From contig JBHGNT010000018.1 of NCBI GenBank assembly GCA_043228905.1, forward strand, positions 7,254,001 to 7,318,000: 64,000 nt of DNA, in the 5' to 3' direction. How positions within the stretch are numbered: position 1 is the stretch's first letter; each line of letters opens with the position of its first letter. The position numbers and the translations under genes are program-made. The DNA is from Azolla caroliniana (lineage: Eukaryota > Plantae > Polypodiophyta). The notes beneath the pieces are model-generated. The model ran no database searches. It was not told the DNA's origin and saw nothing but the letters and a program-made list of their open reading frames with translations. This document shows, one piece after another, positions 48,376 through 60,600 of the stretch.

Positions 48376-49111
48376 CCGGCAAGAGGAATACCGGCTCTAT
48401 TTCGATAGTCAAAGTGCCATCGATGGTTGTTTACGTACCCGTATTTAACATTTAAATACGTATAGTACCTCATCATTTGTATAGTACGTACTATACCTCA
48501 ATGTTGTTCAGCCAGGAACTACGCGCTCCCGATGAACAACGCTCGGCCACAACCAAGCTTAGAATCAAACACAGAAAAAAAACGGGGAATGAATACACGA
48601 CACAAAGGAGAGAAGAGTACACAGGATGTTTATGTGGAAAACCCAAACAAGGGAAAAACCACGGCAGCCCACAGACTGTGAACTATCACTATATCACAAT
48701 GATTAGAACAGTGAGCTCACGGAGGCAACGACCTCGTGCTCACGATCTTCGCCACATGCGGCAGTTACAACAGAGGCAACGACCTCTTCATTTCTTTCTC
48801 TCTCTCTCTCTCTCTCTTTCTGTACACTATTGCGCTCTAATCTTGCGCCAATAAGAAATGACAACTAATTCTTTTCTAAAGTTTGCCCTAAGTCATATTT
48901 ATACTAATATGACTTTTCGGCTATTTACAAATATAGCCCCGATGGACTCTTAGAAACATATTTACGAATATGTCCCTTCATCCGGTTAGCACTCTTCACC
49001 GGGCCTGCATCATCCGGCGCTTGCCAGGTACTCGTCATCCGGTTCTCACCGGGTCATCCGTAGCCGGGCACTCCTCATCCGGAGGGACCTGTTTCCTAAC
49101 AAACTCCCCCT

Positions 49112-50240
49112 TCACTCCGGCATGGGGTGTTTTACTAGTCCAACCCGCTTCCGACATGCATCCAGCTTGTCACGTGTCAATACTTTGGTCAACATATCTT
49201 ACCCGTTCTTGGCCATGTGGATCTTCGTCAGCGCGAACTCCTGGTCATCTACTCTTTCCCGGATCCAGTGATACCTACGTTGGATATGCTTCGACCGGGA
49301 ATGGTAGGCCGCATTCTTAGCAAGGTGGATGGCACTTTGACTATCGCAATAGAGCCGGTATTCATCTTGCCGGATACCGAGCTCTCTGATGAAGTCCTTC
49401 ATCCATAATATTTCTTTGCCGGCTTCCACAACCGCCATGTACTCCGCCTCCGTGGTTGACAATGCAACCGTCTTCTGCAGCCTCGACTGCCACGAAACAA
49501 CTCCCCCAGCATATGTCATTAAATACCCAGATGTAGACCGACTGGTATCCACATCAGCCGACATGTCCGAATCGGTAAAACCGTCAAGTTGAGGTTTACC
49601 GGAGCCAAATCGGAGACACATATTTGAAGTGCCCTTCAGGTACCGGAGTATCCACTTGACCGCGTTCCTGTGCTCCTTGCTGAGATTGCTCATGAACCGG
49701 CTCACCACTCCGACTGTGTATCCAATATCTGGTCGAGTACACACCATTGCGTACATTAAGCTCCCGACAGCAAAGGCATATGGAACCTTCATCATATCAG
49801 CCTTCTCTACTTTCGTCTTCGGGCTTTGCTTATCAAATAACCTGCAGTTTGCTGGAAGTGTCAATCCGACCGGTTTCGCATCTGATATGTTGAACTGCTG
49901 AAGCACCTTTGTCACGTACTTCTCCTGTGACAGCCACAATTGCTTCATTGACCGGTCCCGGATAATATGCATCCCCAACATCTGTCTTGCCGGACCCAAG
50001 TCTTTCATTGAGAAGGTCCGGTTCAGAGCCTTCTTCAGCATCTGTATTTTGGCTTGGTCCCATCCGACCATCAACATGTTGTCCACGTAAAGAAGGAGTA
50101 TCAGGAAGTCACCTGCTTCGAACTTCTTCACAAACACGCAATGATTGAACTGCATCTTCTGGTACCCTTGATCGGTCATGAAGGAGTTGAACTTCCGGTA
50201 CCATTGCCGAGGGGCCTGCTTCAACCCGTAGAGGCTCTTC
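49112..50240 (-). pseudogene. RT C-part and RNase H of D
   Basis: ORF 49199..50224 with LKQAPRQW, LLYVDNML, FTDSD, RSKHI. Confidence 0.9.
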
Positions 50241-51016
50241 TGTTGGGAGACAGGTCACTCCGGATGGGAAGGGAGAAGAACAGTGCGGATGACGAGTACC
50301 TGGCTTCGGAGAGCCAGATGGTGCAGACCCGGTGAGAACCGGATGACGAGTACCTGGCTTCAGAGAGCCGGATGGTGCAGACCCGGTGAGAACCAGATGA
50401 GGAGTACCCGGCTATGGAGAGCCGGATGGTGCAGACCCGGTGAGAACCGGATGAGGGCTACCCGGCTACGGAGAGCCAGATGGTGCAGACCCGGTGAGAA
50501 CCAGATGAGGAGTACCCGACTACGGAGAGCCGGATGGTGAAGACCCGGTGAGGAGTGCTCACCGGAGGAAGAGACATATTCGTAAATATGTTTCTGAGAG
50601 TCCATCGTGGCTATATTTGTAAATAGCCGAAAAGTCATATTAGTATAAATATGACTTAGGGCAAACTTTTGTAGAGTTGTTGTCATTCTTGTTTGCGCAA
50701 GATCAGAGCGCGTAACTGTGTACAGAGAAAGAGAGAGAGACAGGAAGAGGTCATTGCCTCTGTTGTAACCGCCACCTGTGGCAAAGATAGAAAGCTCGAG
50801 GTTGTTGCCTCGATGCTTTACTATTGTACACTGTAACATAGTGATAGTTAGCAACCTGTGGGCTACCGTGGTTTTTCCCTAGTTTGGGTTTTCCACGTAA
50901 ACATTCTGTGTACTCTTCTCTTCAATGTGTCGTGCATTCATTCCTGTTTTTGTGTGTATGATTCTAAGCTCGGTTGTGGCCGAGCGTTGCGCATAAAGAA
51001 CGTGTAGTTCTCGTGA
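50241..51016 (+). repeat. LTR of E with five 54-bp tandem units (about 50285-50555)
   Basis: Unit CCGGATGAGGAGTACCCGGCTACGGAGAGCCGGATGGTGCAGACCCGGTGAGAA. Confidence 0.92.
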
Positions 51017-51045
51017 AGTGGTATCAAAGCGAAACAACACAGAAA

Positions 51046-54000
51046 ATGGACGATTTGTTGGGAGGCATGTTCAAGCTCACCGCCTCCAACTATTCGGTAT
51101 GGAAGTCGAAGATGAGGGACATGCTCGTGGTTAAAGATCTTTTGGTTGTCGGTTCAGTTTGGGGACAAGAGAACGGACAAAATCGACGCGACGATATGGG
51201 AGGTGATGCACATGAAGACAACGACATACATACGGTGCTCCATCGACATGAGCCTATACAACAACTTCAATGAAGAGAGCAAGGCTCATGAGCTCTGGGA
51301 GAAGATCGGCATTATGTTTCAAAACAAAAATGTTGTTAATCAGGTTTTGGTATTCCGGAAGCTAGTAAGACTCCGGTACCAAGATGACTCCAGCATGGCG
51401 GAGCACATTAATGCCTTCCAGGGGCTGATCCACCAGGCATCATCATTGGAAGTACCTCTCGCCGATGAGGTACTAGCACTACTCCTGCTCGGTTCCCTCC
51501 CGGATAGCTGGGAGACGTTGGTTGTCACTTTGGGCAACGCCGGGCCGGAAGGGAAACGGTTATCCATAGCAAGAGTGAAGTCGATCTTGCTAGATGAGGA
51601 GGCGCATCGGAAAGATAAGGATACGAGCTCCGACTCCAAAGCACTCCTTACCGAATCGGAACGCGAAAGACATAGAAACCGTAGTCCCCAGAACCGGGAG
51701 AAGTCAGGGACACAGTCAAAGTCAAGGGGGAGGCCTACTTGCTTCTATTGCGGCAAGCCCGGACACTTCCAGAAGAACTGTCAGCATTTCCGAAAAGAAA
51801 AGGAAACCGACGGTACCGATTCAAAGCGGACCCCGGACCGGAACGTTAAAGATCGGAGGGGGCCGGACCGGAAGGGAACAACGGCAATCGCGGCAAGTGA
51901 AGAAGAGTTGATGCTCATCACTGAGGAGAATGAGCTAAACCTTGCTGGCGACGAGATGACCTGGGTGGTCGACTCCGGAGCGTCGTTCCACCTTACCCCG
52001 GACCGGAAATGCTTCTCATCCTACTCAATTGGTGATCACGGCTGTGTCCGGATGGGGAATGAGGGTACATGCCGAATTGTCGGCATAGGAGACGTGTTGC
52101 TGACAACACCAACCGGATGAAAGTTGCTACTAAAGGATGTCCGACACGTTCCGGAGGTTTGACTGAACCTAATATCAGCCGGTCGGCGAGATGATGAAGG
52201 TTACACGGGTAGCATCCGGAACGGTGTCATGAAGTTCGGCAAAGGGAGCCTGATTGTGGCTAGGGCCCGGAAGGTCAACACATTGTACCTGATGAATGCC
52301 CGGTTATGTTCGGAGGAAGTGAACGTGGCATCCGACACTACCGGTGAGCTGTGGCACAAAAGGTTGTGTCACATGAGAGAGAAGGGGATGAAGAGGCTTG
52401 CAAATGACAACCTCATTCCAGTGAAAAACGTGCACTTGGAGAAGTGCACTGATTCTTTGGCCGGTAAGCAAAACCGGACCTCCTTCCGACCAAGGCCACC
52501 GATGAGACGTAATGCACCACTGGAGTTGGTGCATACTGATGTGTGTCAAGTGGACACGAAGTCACATGCTGGATCGTAGTACTTCGTGACATTCATAGAT
52601 GACCACAACCGGAAGTTGTGGGCCACACCGTTGAAGACGAAGGATCAGGTGCTATCCGTCTTCAAAGAGCTTCACGCGAGAGTGGAAAGAGAAACCGGCC
52701 GGAAGCTGAAGGCGGTTCGAGCAGATAACGGAGGTGAATACCGGGGGCAGTTCGAGGAGTACTGTCGCTCGAAGGGAATCCGGCTCGAATTTACCGTGCC
52801 GAAGATGCCGGAACTAAACAGGCTGGCCGAGAGGATGAACCAGACCATAATGGAGAGGGTCCGGAGTATGCTAGCGCATGCAAAACTACCCAAGAAGTTT
52901 TGGGCTGAGGTACTGTCGATGGCAACATATGTGATAAACAGATCACCCTCAATACCCTTGGACGGAGACACGCCACAGAGAGTATGGACCGGTAAGGAAG
53001 TATCCTACAGGCATCTGAAGGTGTTCGGGTGTCTCGCGTACGTGCATGTAGCTAAGGACCGGAGAGGAAAGTTGGATCCAAAGACCCGGCCATGCATATT
53101 CCTCGGTTACGGTGACAATGAGTTCGGCTACCGAGTGTGGAACCTGGTCGACAAGAAGGTATTCCGGAGTCGAGATATTATCTTCATGGAGGACAAGACG
53201 CTCGCCGACTGGGAGTTGGAGAAGAAGATAATGAACTCCGAGTCAATCGGTAAGGATTGATTCTACGATGAGCAGACCCAACCGACGAGAGACCCGTTAG
53301 CACTCGAAGAACCAGCCGGTTACGGTAAGGATACCGAACAGGCTGAAGAAGAAGTAGAGGAAGCCGAATCCGGAACCGGCCAAGACCCCGAATCGGATTC
53401 GGATGAAGAGCAAATGGAGGAGCCGGTTACCGAAGCCCGAAGACGGAGATATCCTCTCAGAGAGAGAAGGGCCCCCCGGAGATTTCCGTATGTAGAGCAT
53501 GTGCTGCTAACCGATGAGGGGGAGCCAGAAAGCTTCGAAAAAGCGAAGGATGACACCCACAGCCGCAAATGGTTAAGTGCCATGCAGGATGAGATGGATT
53601 CCCTACATGAGAACCATACGTACAAATTGGTGGAGTTGCCGAAAGGAAAGAGGGAACTCCGAAATAAGTTGGTGTACAAGTTGAAACCGGGAGATGCCGG
53701 CAACCCCCCGAGATACAAAGCCAGGATCGTGGTGCAGGGGTTCCAGCAGAAGAAGGTCGTGGACTTTGACGAGATATTTTCCCCGATAGTAAAGATGACC
53801 TCCATCCGGGCGATGCTGAGTATAGAGGCAAGCATGGACCTCGAGGTAGAGCAACTAAACGTGAAGACGACATTCCTTCACGGTGACCTCGAAGAGGAGA
53901 TCTACATGCAACAACCGAAAGGATTCGTGGAGAAAGGGAAGGAGCACCTGGTTTGCCGGTTGAAGAAGAGCCTCTACGGGTCGAAGCAGGCCCCCCGGCA

Positions 54001-55093
54001 ATGGTACCGGAAGTTTGACTCCTTCATGACCGATCAAGGGTACCACAAGACGCAGGCCGATCATTGCGTGTTTGTGAAGAAGTTCGAAGCAGGCGACTTC
54101 CTGATACTCCTTCTGTACATGGACGACATGTTGATCATCGGACGGGACCAAGCCAAAATACGGATGCTAAAGAAGGCTCTGAATCGGACCTTCTCAATGA
54201 AAGACTTGGGTCCGGCAAGACAGATGTTGGGGATGCATATCATCCGGAACCAGTCAATGAAGCTATTGTGGCTGTCACAAGAGAAGTACATGACAAAGGT
54301 GCTTCAGTGGTTCAACATGTCAGATGCGAAACCGGTCGGATCGACACTTCCGGCAAACTGCAGGCTATCCGGTAAGCAAATCCCGAAGACGAAAGCAGAG
54401 AAGGTGGATATGATGAAGTTTCCATATGCCTCTGCCGTCGGGAGCTTAATGTACACAATGGTTTGAACCCGACCGGATATAGGATACGCAGTCGAAGTGG
54501 TGAGCCGGTTTATGAGCAATCCCGGCAAGGTGCACTAGAACGCGGTCAAATGGATACTCCGGTACTTGAAGGGAACTTCAAATATGTGTCTCTGATTCGG
54601 CTCCGGAAAACCTCAACTTGACGGTTTCACCGATTCGGACATGTCGGCTAATGTGGATACCAGCCGGTCTACATCCGGGTATGTAATGACATATGCAGGG
54701 GGAGCTGTATCATGGCAGTCGAGGTTGCAGAAGACGGTTGCATTGTCAACCATGGAGGCGGAGTACATGGCGGTTCTGGAAGCCGGCAAGGAAATATTAT
54801 GGATGAAGAACTTTATTGGAGAGCTCGGTATACGGCAAGATGAATACCAACTCTATTGTGACAGTCAAAGTGCCATCCACCTTGCTAAGAATGCGGCCTA
54901 TCATTCCCGGACGAAGCATATCCAGCGAAGGTATCACTAGATCCGGGAAAGAGTAGATGATCAGGAGGTCGCACTGACAAAGATCCACACGGCCGAGAAC
55001 GGGTCAGCTATGCTGACCAAAGTGCTGATACCCGACAAACTGGATGCATGCCGGAAGCGGATCAGACTAGTAAGACACCCCATGCCGGAGTGA
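51046..55093 (+). pseudogene. gag-pol of E with stops and a frameshift
   Basis: ORF pieces 51146..52120, 52229..52579, 52586..53260, 53414..54466 and 54641..54940 are in Copia order. Confidence 0.92.
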
Positions 55094-55103
55094 AGGGGGA
55101 GTT

Positions 55104-55771
55104 TGTTGGGAGACAGGTCCCTCCGGATGGGAAGGGAGAAGAACAGTGCGGATGACGAGTACCTGGCTTCGAAGAGCCGGATGGTGCAGACCCGGTGAGA
55201 ACCGGATGAGGAGTACCCGGCTACGGAGAGCCGGATGGTGCAGACCCGGTGAGAACTGGATGAGGAGTACCCGGCTACGGAGAGCCGGATGGTGAAGACC
55301 CGGTGAGGAGTGCTCACCGGATGAAGAGACATATTCGTAAATATGTTTCTGAGAGTCCATCGTGGCTATATTTGTAAATAGCCGAAAAGTCATATTAGTA
55401 TAAATATGACTTAGGGCAAACTTTTGTAGAGTTGTTGTCATTCTTGTTTGCGCAAGATCAGAGCGCGTAACTGTGTACAGAGAAAGAGAGAGAGACAGGA
55501 AGAGGTCATTGCCTCTGTTGTAACCGCCGCCTGTGGTGAAGATAGAAAGCTCGAGGTTGTTGCCTCGATGCTTTACTGTTGTACACTATAACATAGTGAT
55601 AGTTTGCAGCCTGTGGGCTGCCGTGGTTTTTCCCTAGTTTGGGTTTTCCACGTAAACATTCTGTGTACTCTTCTCTTCACTATGTCGTGCATTCATTCCT
55701 GTTTTTGTGTGTATGAGTCTAAGCTCGGTGTTGGCCGAGCGTTGCGCATAAAGAACGTGTAGTTCTCGTGA
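55104..55771 (+). repeat. Second LTR of E with three 54-bp units
   Basis: 668 bp versus 776 bp for the first LTR; the 108-bp difference equals two units. Confidence 0.92.
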
Positions 55772-55903
55772 TGTGGTATCAGAGCGAAACGACACAGAAA
55801 ATGGACGATTCGTTGGGAGGCATGTTCAAGCTCACCAGCTCCAACTATTCGGTATGGAAGTCGAAGATGAGGGACATGCTCGTGGTTAAAGATCTTTGCT
55901 TGC

Positions 55904-58511
55904 CACTATACTCAGCTCCGTCCAGATGGAGGTCATCTTTACTACCGAGGCAAATATCTCGTCAAAGTCCACGCCCTTGTTCTGCTGGAACCCCTTCACC
56001 ACGATCCTAGCTTTGTATCTCGGGGGGTTTCCGGCATCTCTCGGTTTCAGCTTGTACACCCACTTGTTTCGGAGTGCCCTCTTTTCTTTCGGCAACTTTG
56101 AGAGGATATCTCCGTCTTCAGGCTTCGGTAACCGGCTCCTCCATTTCCTCTTCATCCGAATCCGATTCGGGGTCTTGGCCGGTTCCGGTTTCAGCTTCCC
56201 CTACTTCTTCTTCTGCCGGTTCGGTATCCTCACCGTAACCGGCCGGTTCCTCCAGTGCTAACCGGTCTCTTGCCGGTTGGGTCTATTCATCGTAGAATCG
56301 ATCCTTACCGGTCGACTCGGAGTTCATTATCTTCTTCTCCAACTCCCAATCAGCGAGCGTCTTGTCCTCCATGAAGATAATATCTCGACTCCGGAACACC
56401 TTCTTGTCGACCAGGTCCCACACTCGGTAGCCGAACTCATCGTCACTGTAACCGAGGAATATGCATGGCCCAGTCTTCGGATCTAGTTTTCCTCTCTGGT
56501 CCTTAGCTACATGCACATACGCAAGACACCCGAATACCTTCAGATGCCGGTAGGACACTTCCTTACCGGTCCAGACTCTCTGTGGCGTGTCTCCGTCCAA
56601 GGGTACTAAGAGTGATCTGTTTATCACATATGTCGCCGTTGACAGTGCCTCAGCCCAAAACTTCTTGGGTAGTTTTGCATGCGCTAGCATACTCTGGACC
56701 CTCTCCATTATGGTTCGGTTCATCCTCTCGGCCAGCCCGTTTAGTTCCGGCGTCTTCGGCTCGGTAAATTTGAGCCGGATTCCCTTCGAGCAGCAGTACT
56801 CCACGAACTGCCCCCGGTATTCTCCTCCGTTAGCTACTCGAACCGCCTTCAGCTTCCGGCTGGTTTCTCTTTCCACTCTCGCGTGAAGCTCTTTGAAGAC
56901 GGATAGCACCTGATCCTTCGTCTTCAACGGTGTGGCCCACAACTTCCAGTTGTGGTCATCTATGAATGTCACGAAGTACTACGATCCAGCATGTGACTTC
57001 GTGTCCACTTGACACACATCAGTATGCACCAACTCTAGTGGTGCATTACGTCTCATCGGTGGCCTTGGTCGGAAGGAGGTCCGGTTTTGCTTACCGGCCA
57101 AAGAATCAGTGCACTTCTCCAAGTGCACGTTTTTCACTGGAATGAGGTTGTCATTTGCAAGCCTCTTCATCCCCTTCTCTCTCATGTGACACAACCTTTT
57201 GTGCCACAGCTCACCGGTAGTGTCGGATGCCACATTCACTTCCTCCGAACATAACCGGGCATTCATCAGGTACAATGTGTTGACCTTCCGGGCCCGAGCC
57301 ACAATCAGGCTCCCTTTGCTGAACTTCATAACACTGTTCCGGATGCTACCTGTGTAGCCTTCATCATCTAGTCGACCGGCTGATATCAGGTTCAGACGAA
57401 CCTCCGGAACTTGTCGGACATCCTTCAGCAGCAGCTTACATCCGGTTGGTGTTGACAACCACACGTCTCCTATGCCGACAATTCGGCATGTACCTTCATT
57501 TCCCATCCGGACACAGCCGTGATCACCGACTGAGTAGGATGAGAAGCACTTCCGGTCCGGGGTAAGGTGGAACGACGCTCCGGAGTCGACCACCCAGGTC
57601 ATCTCGTCGCCGGCAAGGTTTACTTCACTCTCTTCGGTGATGAGCATCAACTTTTCTTCACTTGCCGCGATTGTCGTCGTTCCCTTCTGGTCCGGCCCCC
57701 TCCGGTCTTTACCGTTTTGGTCCAGTGTCCGCTTCGAATCGGTACCGTCGGTTTCCCTGTCTTTTCGGAAGTCCCGACAGTTCTTCTGGAAGTGTCCCGG
57801 CTTGCTGCAATAGAAGCAAGTAGGCCTCCCCCTTGACTTTGACTGTGTCCCTGACTTCTCCCGGTTCTGGGGACTACGGTTTCTATGTCTTTCGCGTTCT
57901 GATTCGGTAAGGAGCGCTTTGGAGTCGGAGCTTGTATCCTTATCTTTCCGACGCGCCTACTCATCTAGCAAGCTCGACTTCACTCTAGCAAGGGATAACC
58001 ATTTCCCTTCCGGCCCGGCGTTGCCCAAAGTGACAACCAACGTCTCCTAGCTATCTAGGAGATAACCAAGCAGCAGTAGCGCTAGTACCTCTTCGGCGAG
58101 AGGTACTTCCAATGATGTTGCCTGGTGTATCAGCCCCTGGAAGGCATTAATGTGCTCCGCCATGCTAGAGCCATCTTGGTACTGGAGTCTTACTAGCTTC
58201 CGGAATACCGAAACCTGGTTAACAACATTTTTGTTCTGAAACATAATGTCGATCTTCTCCCAGAGCTCATGAGCCTTGCTCTCTTCATTGAAATTGTTGT
58301 ATAGGCTCATGTCGATGAAGCACCGTATGTACGTCGTTGTCTTCATGTGCATCACTTCCCATATCGTGGCGTCGATCTTGTCTGGTCTCTTGTCCCCGAA
58401 CTGAACCGGCAACCAAAGATCTTTAACCACGAGCATGTCCCTCATCTTCGACTTGCACACCGAATAGTTGGAGCTGGTGAGCTTGAACATACCTCCCAAC
58501 GAATCGTCCAT
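55904..58511 (-). pseudogene. Gag-PR-IN-RT start of D
   Basis: ORF pieces 58047..58511, 56979..57650, 56283..56972 and 55886..56155. Internal deletion near 56098. Confidence 0.88.
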
Positions 58512-58909
58512 TTTCTGTGTCGTTTCGCTCTGATACCACTTTGATAGGAACTACGCGCTCCCGATGAACAACGCTCGGCCACAACCAAGCTTAGAATGAA
58601 ACACAGAAAAAAAATGGGGAATGAATACACGATACAAAGGAGAGAAGAGTACACAGGATGTTTACGTGGAAAACCCAAACAAGGGAAAAACCACGACAGC
58701 AACATATCATTCCATGATGAAGCACATCCATAGGAGGTACCATTGGATCCAGGAGCGAGTGGAAGATTGAGAGTTCGTGGTGACGAAGATCCACACGGAG
58801 GAGAATGGATCAGATATGCTAACCAAGGTGTTGACGCCCGACAAGCTAGACGCATGCCGGAAGCGAATTGGACTAACCAGACATCCCATGCCGGAGTGAA
58901 GGGGGAGTT

Positions 58910-59572
58910 TGTTAGGATTTTAGTTCCTCCGGATGGAATGATGAAGGCCCAGTGAGAACCGGATGATGAGTACCCGACAAGGAAGACCCGGTGAGAACCG
59001 GATGATGAGTACCCGGCAAGGAAGACCCGGTGAGAACCGGATGATGAGTACCCGGCAGGGAAGAACCAGTGAGAACCGGATGTTGCAGGCCTGGTGAGGA
59101 CCTCTCATCGGATGAAGGGACATATACGTAAATATGTTCCAGAGTGCCCACTGGGGCTATATTTGTAAATAGCCGGAAAGTCATATTAGTATAAATATGA
59201 CCTAGGGCAAACTCTTGGTTAGTAGTTGTCATTATTTTGTTGTATAGAGTTATTGGTGTAACTATTGTACAAAGCGTGGCATAGGGAAAGAGAGAGAGAC
59301 AGAGCAAATCTTTGTTGTAACCGCCGCAAGGCGAAGATTGTGAGGATGAGGTCGTTGCCTCTGTGTTCCCCTATTGTATTCTCCTTACATAGTGATAGTT
59401 CGAGTCTGTGGGCTGATGTGGTTTTTCCCGTTTAGGGTTTTCCACGTTAACATCTTGTGCATTCTCTTCTGTTTGTGTATTTACTTCCACTTCTCCATTT
59501 TACTATGTTTGATGATCATTAAGTGATCTAAGTCTCAGTTGTGGCCGAAGATTATTCCGCATATTCTCGTCA
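58910..59572 (+). repeat. 3' LTR of Copia B with three 39-bp tandem units (about 58953-59070)
   Basis: GAGTGAAGGGGGAGTT|TGTTAGGATTT...CGTCA. Unit GAGAACCGGATGATGAGTACCCGGCAAGGAAGACCCGGT. Confidence 0.92.
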
Positions 59573-60600
59573 GAAGTCACCTTCATAATACGTTTTTACA
59601 AACACATAATGATCAGCTTGTGTTTTATGGAACCCATGTTTCAGCGTGAAGGATTCAAACTTCTTGTACCATTGGCATGAAGCTTGTTTCAAACCATACA
59701 AGCTTTTCTTTAGTCAACACACCAAGTTCTCTTTTCCTTTTTCCACAAAGCCTTTGAGCTGCTCCATGTAGATTTTTTCATCTAATTCTCCATGCAAGAA
59801 TGTTGTTTTGATATCCAACTATTCACTCTCCAGATCCAGACTCGCTGTTATGCTCAAAACAATTCAGATGGATGCCATTTTCACAACTGGAGCGAATATA
59901 TCGTCAAGTTGACACCCTTTTTCTGTTGAAATCCCTTCATCACAATGCGGTCTTTATATCTGGGTGTGTTGTCAAATTCTCCACTTTTCACCTTGTAGAC
60001 CCATTTATTTTTTAGTGCTCTCTTCCCTTTCGGCAACTCAACTAGGTCATAGGTGTAGTTTTCATGGAAGGAGTCCATTTCATCTTGCATTGCACTTAGC
60101 CATTTCTATTTATGCACATCAACTATGGCTTCGTCATAGCATTCCAGCTCACCTTCATCAGTCAAGAGGATGTATTGACTGGCATATTGAGTCGGTGCTC
60201 TCCTTTCTCTGAGTGGATATCTCCTGCCTCCCATTATCGGCTCAAGTTCAAGTGTCTTTGTTGACTCTTCATTTGGCTCGGGTTCATGCATGTTGGTCGG
60301 TTGTCGGAGTTCTACTAACTCTGACTCATATGCCTCCATTGACTCCTATAGTTTTGTTGACTCCGACTCATATGCATTAGTCGGTTGCTCCGAGTCGACC
60401 ATCTCGGATTCTACTGTCTCGACTGGATATCTTCTAACAGTCGACTAGTTTTGTGTTCCAAGTCTGCCGAGAAGACAACCCCGACTACTTTTGTTTCCAA
60501 TCTTTGATTGTCTTTTCTTTCGTAAACCTATGTCTCAACTCCTCACAACCTTCTTATCGAGAAAGTCCCACAACCTGTTCAAGTACCCTTGGAATATGCA
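59573..60600 (-). pseudogene. Old Copia F, IN C-terminus and RT N-part
   Basis: RRYPLRERRAPTQY, MQDEMDSFHENYTYDLVELPKGKRALKNKWVYK, KSLYGLKQAS.QW. Confidence 0.8.

Larger units (their letters stand above)
50241..55903 (+). mobile_element. Copia E tandem: LTR-internal-LTR-PBS-start of a second internal unit
   Basis: LTRs 50241-51016 and 55104-55771 both end TCGTGA and are both followed by a PBS (51019-51030, 55774-55785) and a gag ATG (51046, 55801). Confidence 0.9.
48512..58698 (-). mobile_element. Copia D, inserted in the RNase H of B, split by E, both ends eroded
   Basis: 3' LTR about 48512-49101, PPT 49102-49116, RT/RH 49112-50240, Gag-PR-IN-RT start 55904-58511, PBS 58527-58538, and a 5' LTR remnant 58542-58698 matching 48514-48670. 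Confidence 0.82.
30402..59572 (+). mobile_element. Copia B tandem element (RH tail-PPT-LTR-PBS-internal-PPT-LTR), host of five nested insertions
   Basis: LTRs 30730-31325 and 58910-59572 are homologous. Internal pieces 31326-31989, 37688-37703, 38329-41458, 48376-48421 and 58699-58909 join in Gag-PR-IN-RT-RH order. Confidence 0.8.

Noticed and set aside
50285-50555. 54-bp and 39-bp tandem repeats as a CRISPR array
   Set aside because: The units are contiguous with no unique spacers, lie inside LTRs, and no cas genes are present.
55896-58700. Local inversion of element E
   Set aside because: Better explained as the 5' half of minus-strand element D, whose LTR remnant matches 48514-48670, joined to E by a deletion with TTGCC microhomology.
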